The notes beneath the pieces were generated by a model. That model was not told the DNA's origin, ran no database searches, and saw only the letters and a program-made list of their open reading frames with translations. Shown here one piece after another: positions 14,741 through 28,449 of a stretch of 64,000 nucleotides of DNA. Each line of letters opens with the position of its first letter. Position 1 is the first letter of the stretch. Source of the stretch: Octopus vulgaris (lineage: Eukaryota); contig OX597820.1 of NCBI GenBank assembly GCA_951406725.2, forward strand, positions 88,474,001 to 88,538,000, written 5' to 3'. Position numbers and translations under genes: made by a program.

Positions 14741-15637
14741 TTCTGTCTATTATCCTTTTATTTGCTTCTGTCTTTAAACGGGTGGGGGGACCATGCTGGA
14801 TCCCCGCCTTGTATTTTTAACCGAATGAATCTACCCCAGTACTAATTTTTTAAAGCCAGGTACTTACTCTATCAGTCTCTTTTTGCCGAACCACTTTGTT
14901 ACGGGAACGCAAACGAACCAGCACCGGTTGTCAAGCTGTGGTGGGGAGACAAAAACAGGAACAAAGCAAATAATGCTATAAATAATAGCATGTAAATAGT
15001 AAGTTTTAAAATAACCCTTTTGTTTATCTAAATGTCTGTCTGTGTGTCTGTATGTATGTATCTAACCTTCCATTTCTCAGTCTCCCTATTGGTAATCAAT
15101 TTATCACAATTAGCGTATTTATGCGTAAAGATATCAAGTTAGTGAAATGTCCCCTCGACAGCCGAGACTTTTCTCGCTTCTACCGCACCCGAATGACCTT
15201 TCACCTACAAATTCTATCATTATCGGTATTATTCACTGCGAATGCATGGAATGTTGCCAAGCACAAACTAGAATAGATTCTTAAATTGTTAACCATCCTT
15301 TACAAACAGTAATGATGACTTCTCCCTTTGGCTCAAGGCCACAGCTATGTGCGGATGGCATATGTATAGGGATGTGGCATTTGAGTGTATGTATATACGT
15401 GTACACGAACACACACAGACACACACACACACTCATATACACACATACATACACATTCATATATACACTATGTATATACATACATACAAACAAACACACA
15501 CATATATGTATATATATATATACACCTACAAGTACGTTGATGCAGACAGAAAAATAGAACTCAAGATATGAGTATATGTATATTTTTATTAATATTTAGC
15601 AGAGGTGGTATACACAAACATATATATGTCATATATG

Positions 15638-15696
<59 letters not shown>

Positions 15697-15744
15697 TTTC
15701 ACAGATCTTTGACCTCTGGCCGAAATCAGATCGCCATGTTGATT

Positions 15745-15941
15745 CGTTAGCTACTGCACGCATTTTTTTCTCTCCTTCTTTCTGTGTTTTTCTCTCTCTG
15801 TGTATCTTTCTGTTGAAGAGCGTAGGCTCGAAACGTTAAAGACTTGTTTTATTTATATTTCCTGAGCGCCATACTAATACAATTGTTCGTTTGTTTTCCA
15901 CCTGCCTTCGTCTTTTGTTTATTTTCATAAAGCTTCCCGTT
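15745..15941 (+). mobile_element. Family X repeat with HHR-like motif at 15805-15842
   Basis: TCTTT-CTGTTGA-AGAGC(gtag)GCTC-GAAAC-GTT-AAAGA. Confidence 0.75.
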
Positions 15942-16025
15942 ATATATATATATATATATAAAAGAAATTTTGCGTAATAAGATAAAAAACCAAGGCTGTA
16001 CAGATAGAGCATTTATAGATAGAAG

Positions 16026-16077
16026 GTCTTACAGCTGTTTCTAGGATATTAATTAATAATATCCCTTCATCGGAGAC
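16026..16077 (-). ncRNA. Minimal HHR (U4C variant), relative of 3385-3432
   Basis: GUCU-CCGAUGA-AGGGAUAUU(auuaauu)AAUAUCCUA-GAAAC-AGCU-GUA-AGAC. Confidence 0.7.
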
Positions 16078-16275
16078 GGTGTGAGAGGAAAATTATGTCA
16101 TAGTTAGTTTAGATGTGATACAAAATAGAGAGTGAGGTGGAGGAAAGAAAATAGATGTAAGATATGTATGGATATTGAAGTTGTAAATCCGTTTTATAGG
16201 CATAATGGTATATATGCAATATTCCAATATCCTTTGAGTAAAATCCAAAAGTTCAACAGAGTTTATAAATATATG

Positions 16276-16435
16276 TGTGGTAAGTAGCTTGCTAACCAAC
16301 CACATGGTTCCGGGTTCAGTCCCACTGCGTGGCATCTTGGGCAAGTGTCTTCTGCTATAGCCTCGGACCGACCAATGCCTTGTTAGTGGATTTGGTAGAC
16401 GGAAACTGAAAGAAGCCTGTTGTATATATGTATGT
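16276..16435 (+). mobile_element. SINE family A, 5' half
   Basis: Matches the head and core of the other family A copies. Confidence 0.8.
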
Positions 16436-16747
16436 ATATATATATGTGTGTATGTGTGTGTTTGTGTGTGTGTGTGTGTGTGTATTTGAAGAGAAGGTTT
16501 TTTTTTCTCAAAGTGTTAAGAGTGACAAAATAACCTTTTTAGAAAGTCGAAAGACACTAACCTTTGGGAAGAGATTTCACTAAATGTGTGTAGGCTTTGC
16601 TTTTACAGATGTGCAAGCGCTTTCAGTTCTTAACGCTTTCAAGCACCGCGTCTTTCTAAAAAGGTTCTTTTCTCAATCTTAACTCTCTGAGAAAAAAATC
16701 TTCTCTCCAAATATTATAACTGTATCAAGGAATTTCCGAAACTATAC

Positions 16748-16791
<44 letters not shown>

Positions 16792-16979
16792 CTTTATATA
16801 TATATAAGTATGTATGTATGTATATATGTATGTATAACCAAAAACAAATGAATATATATATATATTTATATATATATGTGATATATGCCCACATTCATAC
16901 ACACACACACATTCACGCACACAAGATATATGGAGATATATGGAGGGGCAGGCGTGGCTGTGTGGTAAGAATATTGCTT

Positions 16980-17974
16980 GAATATTTGTGGCTATCGTCA
17001 CTGCATGTCGAAATCTTTTTTTTTTAATGTTTAATGTATAATATGGATGTAATTTTTGACGCTGAATTCGAATTTGTTATTCATTTATTCCGGAAAGATT
17101 TTGCAAAAATGTTACAAGTGTTCAAAGTTGGTATAATTTTCATAATTTTCAGCCAATCAGAAAACAGCGCGCTCGCTGTCTCTTCCATCATCTGTCACAG
17201 TAACGAGAAAGCGTGGGTTGGGGGTGCACCGGCATGTCAAAACATTTAACTAGTTACAGTAAAAAGCATTAAAAGATTCATGTGGAAATTAAATATTTAA
17301 AAGCTACGAGCAAACTATCAGGAGTTGCTAGAAATAACAGTGAAAACATTAAAATATACACGAGCAAAGTAAACAGTAAAAAACATTAAAACGTTCGCGA
17401 GCAAATTGAATATTTAAAAGCTACGAACAAACCAACAGGAGTTGCTAGAAATAACAGTGAAAACTTTGCTTAAAACAGACATTTATTAGTTAAAGTCAAG
17501 AACGAAAGTTTGCAATACACTCTAGAATTTTATAAAATAAATATTCTTTTTCATATCTCCTTTTCCACATAGATTCATAAAGATACGAGTCAACCATGGA
17601 ACGGTGTGTCCCACACCGGAGTTTGATTGCACGCTTTAAAGATGCCTAGGTACTTTCAATTTGTTGGTAAAACTCAATTCAGTGATTACACTCATTGTAC
17701 GCATGCGCAACATCTTTGGTCACTATGGAAACAGAGTTCTTCACAATCACCTATGGAATACGTATTGCTTCTTTGCTGAATATGCTAAAAGAACTTCATG
17801 ATGATGTGTAAAATACTCGCTTCCGATTGGCTGAAATACCCAAATTTTGCAAATTTTAAAGACTAACTTTTTAACTATGAATTTATAGGGAAAAGGAATT
17901 TCATTTTCATAATTAACATACAAAACTTAATTCATATACCAAATTGTAGTCAGTGACGATAATCACAAAGATCC
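16980..17974. mobile_element. Non-autonomous TIR DNA transposon with a 4-bp TSD (GCTT)
   Basis: Imperfect 24-bp TIRs GAATATTTGTGGCTATCGTCACTG / CAGTGACGATAATCACAAAGATCC, a subterminal IR TTCAGCCAATC, and GCTT on both sides. Confidence 0.7.
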
Positions 17975-18110
17975 GCTTGCTTCCAAAACACATGGCTTCG
18001 GGTTCAGTCCCACTGCATGGCACCTTTCGCAAGCGTCCTCTGCCATATCCTTGGGGCAACCAAAGACTTGTGAGAAGATTTGGTAGACGGAAACTGAAAG
18101 AAGCCCATCG

Positions 18111-18151
<41 letters not shown>

Positions 18152-18267
18152 CTGTGTGTGTCTGTGTATCTATATCTGTGTTTGTCGCCCTACCATCAAT
18201 TGACAGCCAATGTTGGTGTGTTTAGGTTACCGTACCATAGCAGTTCGGCAAAAGAGACCAATGGAAT
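17975..18267 (+). mobile_element. SINE family A middle piece (head at ~16947-16979, tail at 20137-20228)
   Basis: The three pieces are collinear with intact family A copies. Confidence 0.7.
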
Positions 18268-19693
18268 CTTTCAACCACGGTAGTGGTTGAATATATTCTT
18301 AAGTCCACCATTTCGTCAATCGCAGCAGATTCCAAGCTTCACCACTAATTCAGTTCTCAACTAAATTGCAAACTGATGACAATTTTAAAGAGGACACCTT
18401 CTCAGCTACACTTTGGGATAAATATTTTGAGATTTTGTTCAGTAGAAAAAAGTTACATCAAAATATGTGAGGTCTAAAGGTAGGCAGTAAAACACGTATT
18501 CATCTTCAATTAATATAATTATTTTTTATTTGAAAATAAAAGTATACTTTTTCTTAAGGCTTAAATGACAGAAAAATGCATGAGGAATTTTAATCGTTAG
18601 TCGCATTCAACAAAAATTAGTAGAAAAGGAGCTATGAGGTGAAATGTCATGAAATTTAAAATAAGTGAGACATGAAGTGAGGTAGTAACGCCCCAAACAA
18701 AAATGTTAAGATAAGAATATATTTCTAAAATGAAGGTGCATACCATAATCCGGCGAGCTGGCAGAAACGCCGGTCGAAATGCTTTATGGTATTTCGTCTG
18801 TCTTTTCGTTCTGAGTTCAAATGCCACCAAGGTCGACTTTACCATTTATATATTTTATCCTTTTAATTAAGTATTTAATAAAGTTATTTTTGATATGTTG
18901 TTGAATTAGCGTAAGTTTAATTTTAATTATTAAATTTTTCTTTCAGCTTTAATGAACTTGCTTTCTGCTTTTTTGCTTTTCCTTTTTAGCTGCTTTCCTT
19001 TTATTTTTAGTTAATTATTTATGTTAATTATAAAGTTCATTAATGTGTTATATGCTTCAGATATGTGCATCTAAATTTATTGGAGCCGGAATATAGTCAT
19101 TTTTGGTTTTGTCTCTACGGGCAAACCTTAAGACATATAGTAAGGTTGTCCAGAAAAGGCATTGGTTAAAAGTGCTTATATTCTAAATTTACTTTTTTAA
19201 ATTTCAAAATTAATTAAAAGGGATTTTTCATAAATCAAATTATATTAATGGGATGTAGGTAATTTTAACTTGTGTATATCTGATATGCTTTTATAATTAC
19301 TGTTGCATTGAATAATTATTGATAGATCTAGATTAGCAACAGCCTGTGCTATTATCACCAACTCAAAATCTAGGTTACTTAAGGTGAGCCTGGTAACTGA
19401 TGGCTTTGAGGTCTTGTTGTTTGTAACTTTTGGTGAACCATGGTGCAAGCAACAAGATGGTAAAAATCACTGCCATTAATTTGGTGTGGATGAGTAATGT
19501 CAAATAATTCAATCATATATATATTTAGATTAAACATGAAAAAAATTGAAATATTATCATTGCTTACATGGAAAAATTGGAATATTATCTTTCAGTATTT
19601 TGTAAGTTAAAATCTTAAATTATTAATTGACACATTATTAAATATCTTATAATAGTAATGCCTGGAAAAATCATGGATTACATGGAAAAATGG

Positions 19694-20136
19694 GAGCATG
19701 AAAAGTAATATTCTTAAGATTATAAACCTGGAAAAGTACAGGACAAGCTATTACTTCTAGTAAAATAAGACATTTTTTACTTAAAATATTGCAGCTAAAA
19801 TTTAAATTTGAATATTAAAAATTATTTTATTATAGTTTACAAATAACACTATACTTATCTAAGTAGAATTTGGCTAATTTACTACCTTAAATACAGAAAA
19901 AAAGTGACTAATTAGACAAACTTACAAATTAGCTAAACAGTTTTGTACAATGAGATGAGAACTGTAAAGAGTGATGAATTAGAAGAACTGGCATTCTTTG
20001 GTGTTATATTTTAAGTAAAAGTTTCTTATTCTTTACTTTACTGGAAGTAATAGCTTGTCCTATAATTTTACAAGTGTAATAACTTGTCCTGTACTTTTCC
20101 AGGTTTATAATCTTAAGAATATGACTTTTCATGCTC
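19694..20136. repeat. Inverted repeat (~60-75 bp arms)
   Basis: GAGCATGAAAAGTAATATTCTTAAGATTATAAACCTGGAAAAGTACAGGACAAG at 19694, with its reverse complement ending at 20136. Confidence 0.85.
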
Positions 20137-20227
20137 AGGCTTACAAAAAATAAGTCATGAAGTCGATCAGTTCGACTAAAGGTGGTGCTCCAGCGCGGCC
20201 AGGGTCAAATGACTGAATCAAATAAAA

Positions 20228-20309
<82 letters not shown>

Positions 20310-20534
20310 TATTTCTGTGTCTGTGTTTATCCCCCACCCCATCGCATGGCAACTGATGCTGGTGTGTTTACGTCCCCGTAACTTAGCGGTTCGGCAAAAG
20401 AGTCTGATAGAAGAAATACTAGGCTTGTAACGAATAAGTCCTGAGGTTGATTTGTTCGACTAAAGTCGGTACTCCAGCTTGGCTGCAAACAAATGACTGA
20501 AACAAATAAAAGAATATATACATATATATTCATA

Positions 20535-20924
20535 CTAGCAGTATCGCCCGGCGTTGCTCGGGTTTGTAAGGGAAATAACTATACAGCATTTTTAGAGAGT
20601 TATAGCAAAAAATAGCAAAGAAATGCATTAAAAATGGAAAAAATATGATGGTAATTTTTTTTTAAATCGTTGACTCATCGTAGACATTTTTAGAGAGTTA
20701 CTTCCCTTTAAAAAAATGCATTAAAATGGGAAAAAATGATGGTAAATTATTTTTAAAATCGTAGACTCATCGCAGACAAGCGCTAATACCCAGAAGGGCT
20801 CGATATGAATCACGACTATAAGATACCCGCTTTTGGTTAAACTGCACCGCAAAATGTGGGAGTAGTTAGGAATCTAAATCGAAGGGGACAGACACTCACA
20901 CAACTACAGTTTTATATATAAAGA
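20535..20924 (-). mobile_element. Non-autonomous Helitron
   Basis: Minus strand A|TC...CCCGAGCAACGCCGGG hairpin...CTAG|T, with no TSD. Confidence 0.85.
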
Positions 20925-21465
20925 TATGTATGTTAGTTTGGTGGAGTCAGTCTTTTGCTGCTCAAAGTATTTTACCTGTAGGCACTCAGGATCTTTATGC
21001 AGGTTGTGACTAGAAAATAGACGCGTTTTATATGCACGTTTTATATGTAGTTTTCCAGTCTTGAATATGATGGTGGAGAGGAAAACAGGAAGGAAGAAAC
21101 TAAGAGGCAAAATAGAATAGTGAAAAAGGAAGGAGAGTAATAGAAAGAAAATGGGGAAAATATAGGGGAAGAAAATAAAGAAAAGGAGAAAGGAAAAAAG
21201 ACAGAAGGGAAAGTAGAGAAAAGACAGTGAAAGAAATGATAGTAAAAAAGAAAAAGAAAAAAGAAAAACAGAAAAGAATAGAAAAATGAAGGAAGAAAGT
21301 GAAAAAGAAAAATAAAAGGAACAGGTTTGTGAAGAATACAGTTTGGAATAGCAGATGAAGTATTCAAAGTGATGAATGAAAAATAAAAATAGCATGACAG
21401 TTAAAATGTCAAGGGTGTTGAATTAGAGAGATTGACAAAACAGCAAAGTGATAAACGAAATATAA

Positions 21466-21795
21466 AGGGTAAAGACCCCCTTCGGTTATGAATGATCATG
21501 GGATTGCATCCAGAGAGTTCCCCTCCAAGGCACAAGACGGATAAGTTATTTATGGAAGACCAGCAGTCGCCCGTGCATACCAGCCTCTCCTCTCCACTCC
21601 ACCGATGTTATCCAAGGGAAAGGCAAAGGCTGATTCAACTTGGCACCAGTGATGTCGCAACTCATTTCTGCAGCTGAGTGAACTGGGGCAACGAGAAATA
21701 AAGTGTCTTGCTCATGAGCAAAACACCCAGCCTGGTCAGGGAACTGAACTCACTATCTCATGATAGTAAGCCCGACGCTGTAACCATTGAGCCAT
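21466..21795 (-). mobile_element. tRNA-derived SINE, family E
   Basis: tRNA-like head on the minus strand; homologous to 31957-32255. Confidence 0.75.
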
Positions 21796-21906
21796 ATAGA
21801 ATGATACAATGAATTTTTAGGGATAAATGAAAATTGACAGGGGTGTGAACAGAGTATTGAAAACTACTGAAAACCTTGATTATTAAAACAAAAGAAAATC
21901 ACAATA

Positions 21907-22323
21907 GGCGTAGGAATGGCTGTCGTAAGTAGCTTGCTTGCTAACCACATGGTTCCGGGTTCAGTCCCACTGCATGGCACCTTGGGAAAGTGTCTTTTAC
22001 TGTAGCCTCGGGTCGACCAAAGCCTTGTGAGTGGATTTGGTAGACGGAAACTGAAAGAAGCCCGTCTTATATATGTGTATATATATATATGTGTGTATGT
22101 GTGTGTATATGTTTGTGTGTCTGTGTTTGTCCCCCCAACATCGCTTGACAACCGATGCTGGTGTGTTTACGTCGCCGTCACTTAGCGGTTCGGCAAAAGA
22201 GAGCGATAGAATAAGTACTGGGCTTACAAAGAATAAGTCCCGGGGTCGATTTGCTTAACTAAAGGCGGTGCTTCTGCATGGCCATAGTCAAATGACTGAA
22301 ACAAGTAAAAGAGTAAAAGAGTA
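21907..22323 (+). mobile_element. SINE family A, full length
   Basis: Head, core and (GTAAAAGA)n tail all present. Confidence 0.9.
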
Positions 22324-22930
22324 ATAAGTAAGGTTGTTTTGGAGGAATGGTCATTAGTTCAAATGGGATAAAGTGAAATGAAAGGAAACGAATTAAATAC
22401 GAGATTGAAGACAAAATGGAAGAATAATTTTTTCCAACTTTTTCCTCATAATGTTATTTATAAAAAAGAATAAGTCTGTTCCAGTTGATCTGATCAGCAG
22501 AATAGCGTGCTCGGTAAATTAATATGCAAGTGGTTGAGCACTCCACGGACATGCATGCTCTTAACATAGTTCTCAGGGAGATTCAGAGTGACAAAGAATG
22601 CGACAAGGCTGGCCCTTTGAAATACAGGTATATAAAACATTTTTGCCAGCTGAGTCTATACATTCCTACCAATATTTCTGATTTTTGTTTTCTGTTTCTT
22701 TTACCATTTTGTCTTCATCCTTTTATTAACTTCAGTTTACTTTACTCCATTTGAACAAATGACCATTCCTCCAGAACAGTAGCTCAGTTCTTATGTACTT
22801 CTTGAGAGGTTCTAATTGTTAATTCTTACCTGCATTCACCTGATGAAAGCGGTTTTGTTTCCAAACCCTAAAGAATTCCTCTTAACATATGGTTATTGTT
22901 GTTGTTGTTGTTGTTAGTATTATTATTATG

Positions 22931-23330
22931 AAGGCGGCGAGCTGGCAGAAATGTTAGCACGCCGGGCGAAATGCGTAACCGTATTTCGTTTGTCGTTACG
23001 TTTTGAGTTCAAATTCCGCCGAGGTCGACTTTGCCTTTCATCCTTTCGGGGTCGATTAAATAAGTACCAGCTACGCACTGGGGTCGATGTAATCGACTTA
23101 ATCCGTTTGTCTGTCCTTGTTTATTCTCTCTGTGTTTAGCCCCTTGTGGGTAGTAAAGAAATAGGTATTTCGTCTGTATTTACGTTCCGAGTTCAAAGTC
23201 CGCTGAGGTCGACTTTGCCTTTCATCATTTCGAGCTTGAAAAATTAAGTGTCAGTTGCGTACTGAGGTCGATCTAATTGACTGGCCCCGTTCCTTTCAAA
23301 TTTCAGGCCTTGTGCCTATAGTAGTAAGGA
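22931..23330 (+). mobile_element. SINE family B (Meta/Sauria-like core) followed by a head-less second unit
   Basis: GGCGGCGAGCTGGCAGAA head, GAGTTCAAATTCC B box and GCCTTTCATCCTTTCGGGGTCGAT core. Confidence 0.8.
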
Positions 23331-23340
23331 TTATTATTAT

Positions 23341-25275
23341 GCGTGAACGAGGCAGTACGGCAGAGTAGAGGTCTTTTTTAAGACTGAGGGGTCGGCGATA
23401 TACATTTCGGTGACCACGCGTCGCACTGAGGAAATCGCTCTCTTCATAACGTAAATGGGAAGAAGGGCGGTACGAATTACGGTACCTGGTTTCCCACCAG
23501 GCCTGGATTTATGGTGGATTCTCGCCTGTATTCGTGCGGATGAGGGAGAGAATTTCCTGGACGAAGGAGAGAATTTCCTGGACGTTCGAGGAGGGAGAAC
23601 TGGGTTGAGATTACCTCGGAGATTCTTCTTTATGTGAAGCTAGAGCAGTATAAGTCTCAGATTTGATTTCCCTCTCGCAAAGAGTAGAACTAAGAGTGAA
23701 CTTGGAGGGCAGAAGGCCGAGATGCCACGATTGCGGTTCTATGGGTCACTTACGGTTTTTCTGCCAACAGAACCAGAACAGAAGGGCAGAAAGAAATGTC
23801 CAAACGAAACCACCACAGTCCATGAGTCGACAAAAACAAGAACAACCACAACAACAACAACAACAACAACAACAGAAAGGCAGGAGAAGAAAACAGAAAT
23901 TGAATTCAATAAGACAAAGCAAGTAGGTGGCTACAGTGAAGGTGGCAGTGGGAGTAGCTCCAGCAGCAATGGTGGAAGCTACACTAACAGGAGTAACAAC
24001 AACAGCAACAACAAGAGAACCAGAACAAACAACACCAGAAGAAAACATACAAGATACAGTCTTCTCCATGCATCCAAGTGACGATGGGGAAGGGGAGAGC
24101 CCAAAAGGCACCCCCCCCAAAAAAAAAACAAACAAGGAGGAGACAGAAAAAAGAGAGAAAAACCAAGAAACGGCAAACACAGACACATTGATGACAGCAC
24201 CATGATCACCAATACCATCACAAACACCCACAACAGAATCAAAATAGGTCAACCATCTGTACTTGGAGGCTGTCCTCGAGGCGGATAGTTTCGATCCCAT
24301 TTTCAGAGGCTGGATCGCTGCAATGGACACTGACATCTGTTCGGTGGTCAAAGTAAATGGACACAGCTCGGAATCGTTTAATATCGCACGTTCGGTCCGT
24401 CAAGGATTCCCACTCTCACCCCTTTTTTACGTACTGGCTCTCGAGCCATTGCAGTGGAAGTTGGAGGTTTCGAATGGCATCCCGCGTGAACTACGATGCG
24501 GAAGTCGGCGTATGCGGACGATGTCAACGTGATGGTGTCGTACATCTCGGAGATCGAGGTGGTCGGCACGACCCTAAGGGAATACGAAGCGGTGACAAGA
24601 CCAATGATTAACGAAGAGAAGTTAGTGGGCCTGCAGCTCGGCACCTGGTGAGGCAGGCCTATGTCAACCAACAGCGCTGTGAGGCGCTGGACGTCGTCCC
24701 TTGCCCCACTTCGTGACTGAACGGACTGGTGCGTTTTGCTTTTCCGCTTCCTGTAGAAGGGACAGGTACCTATTTCTTTATTACCTACAAGGGGCTAAAC
24801 ACAGAGGGGACAAACAAGGACAGACATAGGTATTAAGTCGATTACATCGACCCCAATGCGTAACTGGTACTTAATTTATCGACCCCGAAAGGATGAAAGG
24901 CAAAGTCGACCTCGGCGGAATTTGAACTCACAACGTAACGCAGACGAAATACCGCTAAGCATTTCACCCAGCGTGCTAACGATTCTACCAGCTCGCCGCC
25001 CAAGGGACAGGTACCGCTTGTCAGATGGTCCATTTGCTGTCAGCACTCTTTGCGTGGAGGACTGGGAATGTCGTGGTTGAGGATGCGCAGACATGCGCTG
25101 AGGCTGCGACATCTCCAGCGATACCTTAACGGCGATCGGATGTGGTCACTATTTGCTGTACGCGCTTTCCCGCAGCTCGTCTCCTTGACGGAGCTATTGT
25201 TCTGGATCGTGGTAGGGCGCTTGACACCTATAGCGTGTCTCCAAGCACTCAAAGTCCTCGGCCAGTCGGGCAATA
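23341..25275 (+). mobile_element. Tx1/L1-clade LINE, internally deleted (ORF1 zinc knuckle plus RT fragments)
   Basis: CHDCGSMGHLRFFC (CCHC), RSVRQGFPLSPLFYVLALEPL, YADDV and GGLGM..LRMRRHALRL motifs. Confidence 0.88.
24771..25001 (-). mobile_element. SINE family B inserted in the Tx1 LINE, with TSD
   Basis: AAGGGACAGGTACC is duplicated at 24757-24770 and 25002-25015. Confidence 0.9.
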
Positions 25276-25276
25276 G

Positions 25277-25334
<58 letters not shown>

Positions 25335-25764
25335 TTAATGGAGTTCAAGTATCACCGAGATAAACGTTTCCTTTTATCTCTTACGTGTCGAGAACTGAAA
25401 TCAATATAATCCAGTACCCAGCCGCTAAAATTGTTGACCTTGTGCCAAAATTAGAAATAATTAATATTATTATTATTATATTTTTATATGATATTGTATT
25501 GCATTACATTTCATTATACAATTTTCAGCACTGTCATCATTAGCTTCCCACAAATAATAACAAACACCAACCATATGATACTGAAATTATATCCTGAAAA
25601 TAAAACAGATACCTAAAGCTGCAGTAACAGTAACACCTGCGCTCTACAAGAAGAAGAAGAAGAAGAAGAAGAAGAAGAAGAAGAAGAAGAAGAAGAAGAA
25701 GAAGAAGAAGAAGAAGAAGAAGAAGAAGAAGAAGAAGAAGAAGAAGAAGAAGAAGAAGAAGAAG

Positions 25765-25795
<31 letters not shown>

Positions 25796-26469
25796 GAACG
25801 ATCACTGCTCAAAATATTGGAAGGAAGATCTTATCTAAACAAATTGTCAAAGTTGCGTGACCTACTTGTTAGGATGTTAAACTCGCTATAACCAGTGTGT
25901 TCGAATCCTGGATCGGATCGGATCGGATAGCAGGTTGTGTCGTTGACCAAGGAACATTATTTCACATTACGCCACCTGTAAAAATCAGTACCACGCTGGA
26001 GAACCCCTTTTGCCCCACCCTCCAGCTACCACGTATCTTCGATGTTCGACTGAATCCTAGAGATGCCCGAGTATGTGTTTGTCTCTGCTCAGGATTACAT
26101 ACAGTCATGGCTAATGATTTTGGCAAGCACAGTTATTTTGCAAATTCGTGTGAAATATCATGTGAATGTTAATGATTTAGTATTATTTTAACAGGTTATC
26201 TGTTATCCAATAAAATTTGAAAAAAAAAAAAACTGTTGAAAACCAATAGATATTGCAAATAATTAGTTTGCAGAATTGGTGATAATTCCTACAAATGAAA
26301 ATCACATTCTTCTTCATGATTTCAGGTTGGAATCGCATGCAAACTAATAAATAATAACCAGAACAGTAAGTATATTTATGCATGATGTCATGAGCCTTTT
26401 ATGATTGATTTTTAATTAATGAATGTTCTTTTTCTGACAAAAACTTTTTTTTATTGCAGGGTTGGTATT

Positions 26470-27365
26470 GGCACAAAAAAAAAACGTCAATCAATAATTT
26501 CTTAGCACCAAAATGGCCAAACAACACAAGATATTGTCGCTAAAGGCATCACACCCGAAAGAACTGTGTACAGGATTATAAAACCTCTGACCCTCAAGAT
26601 AGGGCTTTAATGAAAAATTCATTGAGGAATCGAAGTGCCGGCAGCAAAGAGCTTGCTAAAGAGTGGTAATCAGCTAGTGTCAGGGCTTCAGCTCGCACTG
26701 TTCGACGATGACTTTTTGACAACGGTCTCGCTTCACGGAGTGCTGCAAAGAAACCATTCTTGTCCAAGAAAAACGTGAAGGACAGGCTTGCCTTTAGCAG
26801 AAAATATAAAATTGGTCAAGTGAACAATGGAACAAAGTGATCTTTTCTGATGAAGTACTATTTCATTCGTTTGGGACATCTGGAAAAAAGCTCGTCAGAA
26901 GGCAACAAGGTGAACGCTATGGTGAGGCCTGTATCGTGCCCACAGTCAAGCATCCAGAAACCATTCATATGTGAGGTTGTTTTTCATGAATTCCACATAG
27001 TACCAAAATATCCTCGAAAACAATCTCCTTCCAACCATTGAGAGGCAGTTTGACGAAGAAACTTACATTTTTCAACAAGGTGGAACACGTTGTCACACTG
27101 CTAAAAAGATTTTAAAATATCTTAGAGAAAAAGGTATAGAAATTTTGGAACCTTGGGCGGGAAATTCTCCAGATTTAAATCCTATTGAAAATTTATGGTA
27201 CATCCTTAAAATCCTAGTTGACAGAGAAAAAACCAACAAATATTGAACAGTTGAAAGCTCACGTACAGCAAGAATGGAGGTCTGTAAACATAGAACTGGC
27301 TCAATCATTGGTTTCCAGCATGCCTAAACGAATCATGGACGTCTAAAAAAATAGGGGACGCCACT
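26470..27365 (+). mobile_element. Decayed Tc1 (DD34E-type) transposon
   Basis: AKKPFLSKKNVKDRLAF, WNKVIFSDE, FQQGG..CHT and WAGNSPDLNPIENLW motifs. Confidence 0.9.
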
Positions 27366-27853
27366 GCTTATCAGAGAGGAAGATTAATAACTGTGTATCA
27401 CGCCTTATTATTTATTGCTCATATGGTTCAAGTGTGTTACTATTCTTCGTTAACATGCTCGTACAAGCTCAAACAAGTCAACCTTTTGCCTTAGATAGGC
27501 ATATTTATATACATTTTGGTGCAAAATAATACTTTTACCAAAATCATTGGCCACAACTGTAGATACATGAAATAATTAAGAGAAGCATGCTTCATGCCCC
27601 TATACTCGTTTGCAAGTGTCAGCTGTAACTTTTTACGGTAACTAAAACAAATATTGATTTCAAATTTTGATACTGGGCCAGCAGTTTCGGGAGAGGGTGT
27701 AAGTAGATTATATCGGCCCCACTGCTGAACTGGCACTTATATTATTAACCCCGAAAGGATGAAAAGTAAATTCGATCCCTGTGGAAGTTGAACTCAGAGC
27801 GTAAAGATAGACGAAATGCCACTTATCATTTTGTCCAGCATGTTGACGATTCT

Positions 27854-28449
27854 TATTTCTTTACTGCCCACAAGGGGCTAAACACAGAGGGAACAAACAA
27901 GGACAGACAAACGGATTAAGTCGATTATATCGACCCAGTGCATAACTGGTACTTATTTAATCGACCCCGAAAGGATGAAAGGCAAAGTCGACCTCGGCGG
28001 AATTTGAACTCAGAACGTAATGGCAGACGAAATACCTATTTCTTTACTGCCCACAAGGGGCTAAATACAGAGAGGACAAACAAGGACAGACATAGGTATT
28101 AAGTCGATTACATCGACCCCAGTGCGTAACTGGTACTTAATTTATCGACCCCGAAAGGATGAAAGGCAAAGTCGACCTCGGCGGAATTTGAACTCAGAAT
28201 GTAGCGGCAGACGAAATACCTATTTCTTTATACCCACAAGGGGCTAAACACAGAGCGGACAAACAAGGACAGACATAGGTATTAAGTCGATTACATCGAC
28301 CCAGTGCGTAACTGGTACTTATTTAATCGACCCCGAATGGATGAAAGGCAAAGTCGACCTCGGCGGAATTTGAACTCAGAACGTAACGACAGACGAAATA
28401 CCGCTAAGCATTTCGCCCGGCGTGCTAAAGTTTCTGCCAGCTCGCCGCC
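27854..28449 (-). mobile_element. SINE family B trimer (one headed unit plus two head-less ~183-bp units)
   Basis: Three near-identical tandem units joined at GACGAAATACC|TATTTCTTTA. Confidence 0.88.

Noticed and set aside
18845-19270. Possible NUMT because of extreme AT richness
   Set aside because: I could not recognise any mitochondrial gene, rRNA or tRNA motif.
22838-22875. CTGATGA-AAGC..GTTT-CCAAAC HHR-like string
   Set aside because: The GAAA half of the core and stems I and III are not recoverable.
27854-28449. Regularly spaced repeats superficially like a CRISPR array
   Set aside because: The whole ~183-bp unit repeats with no unique spacers; the context is eukaryotic SINE DNA with no cas genes.
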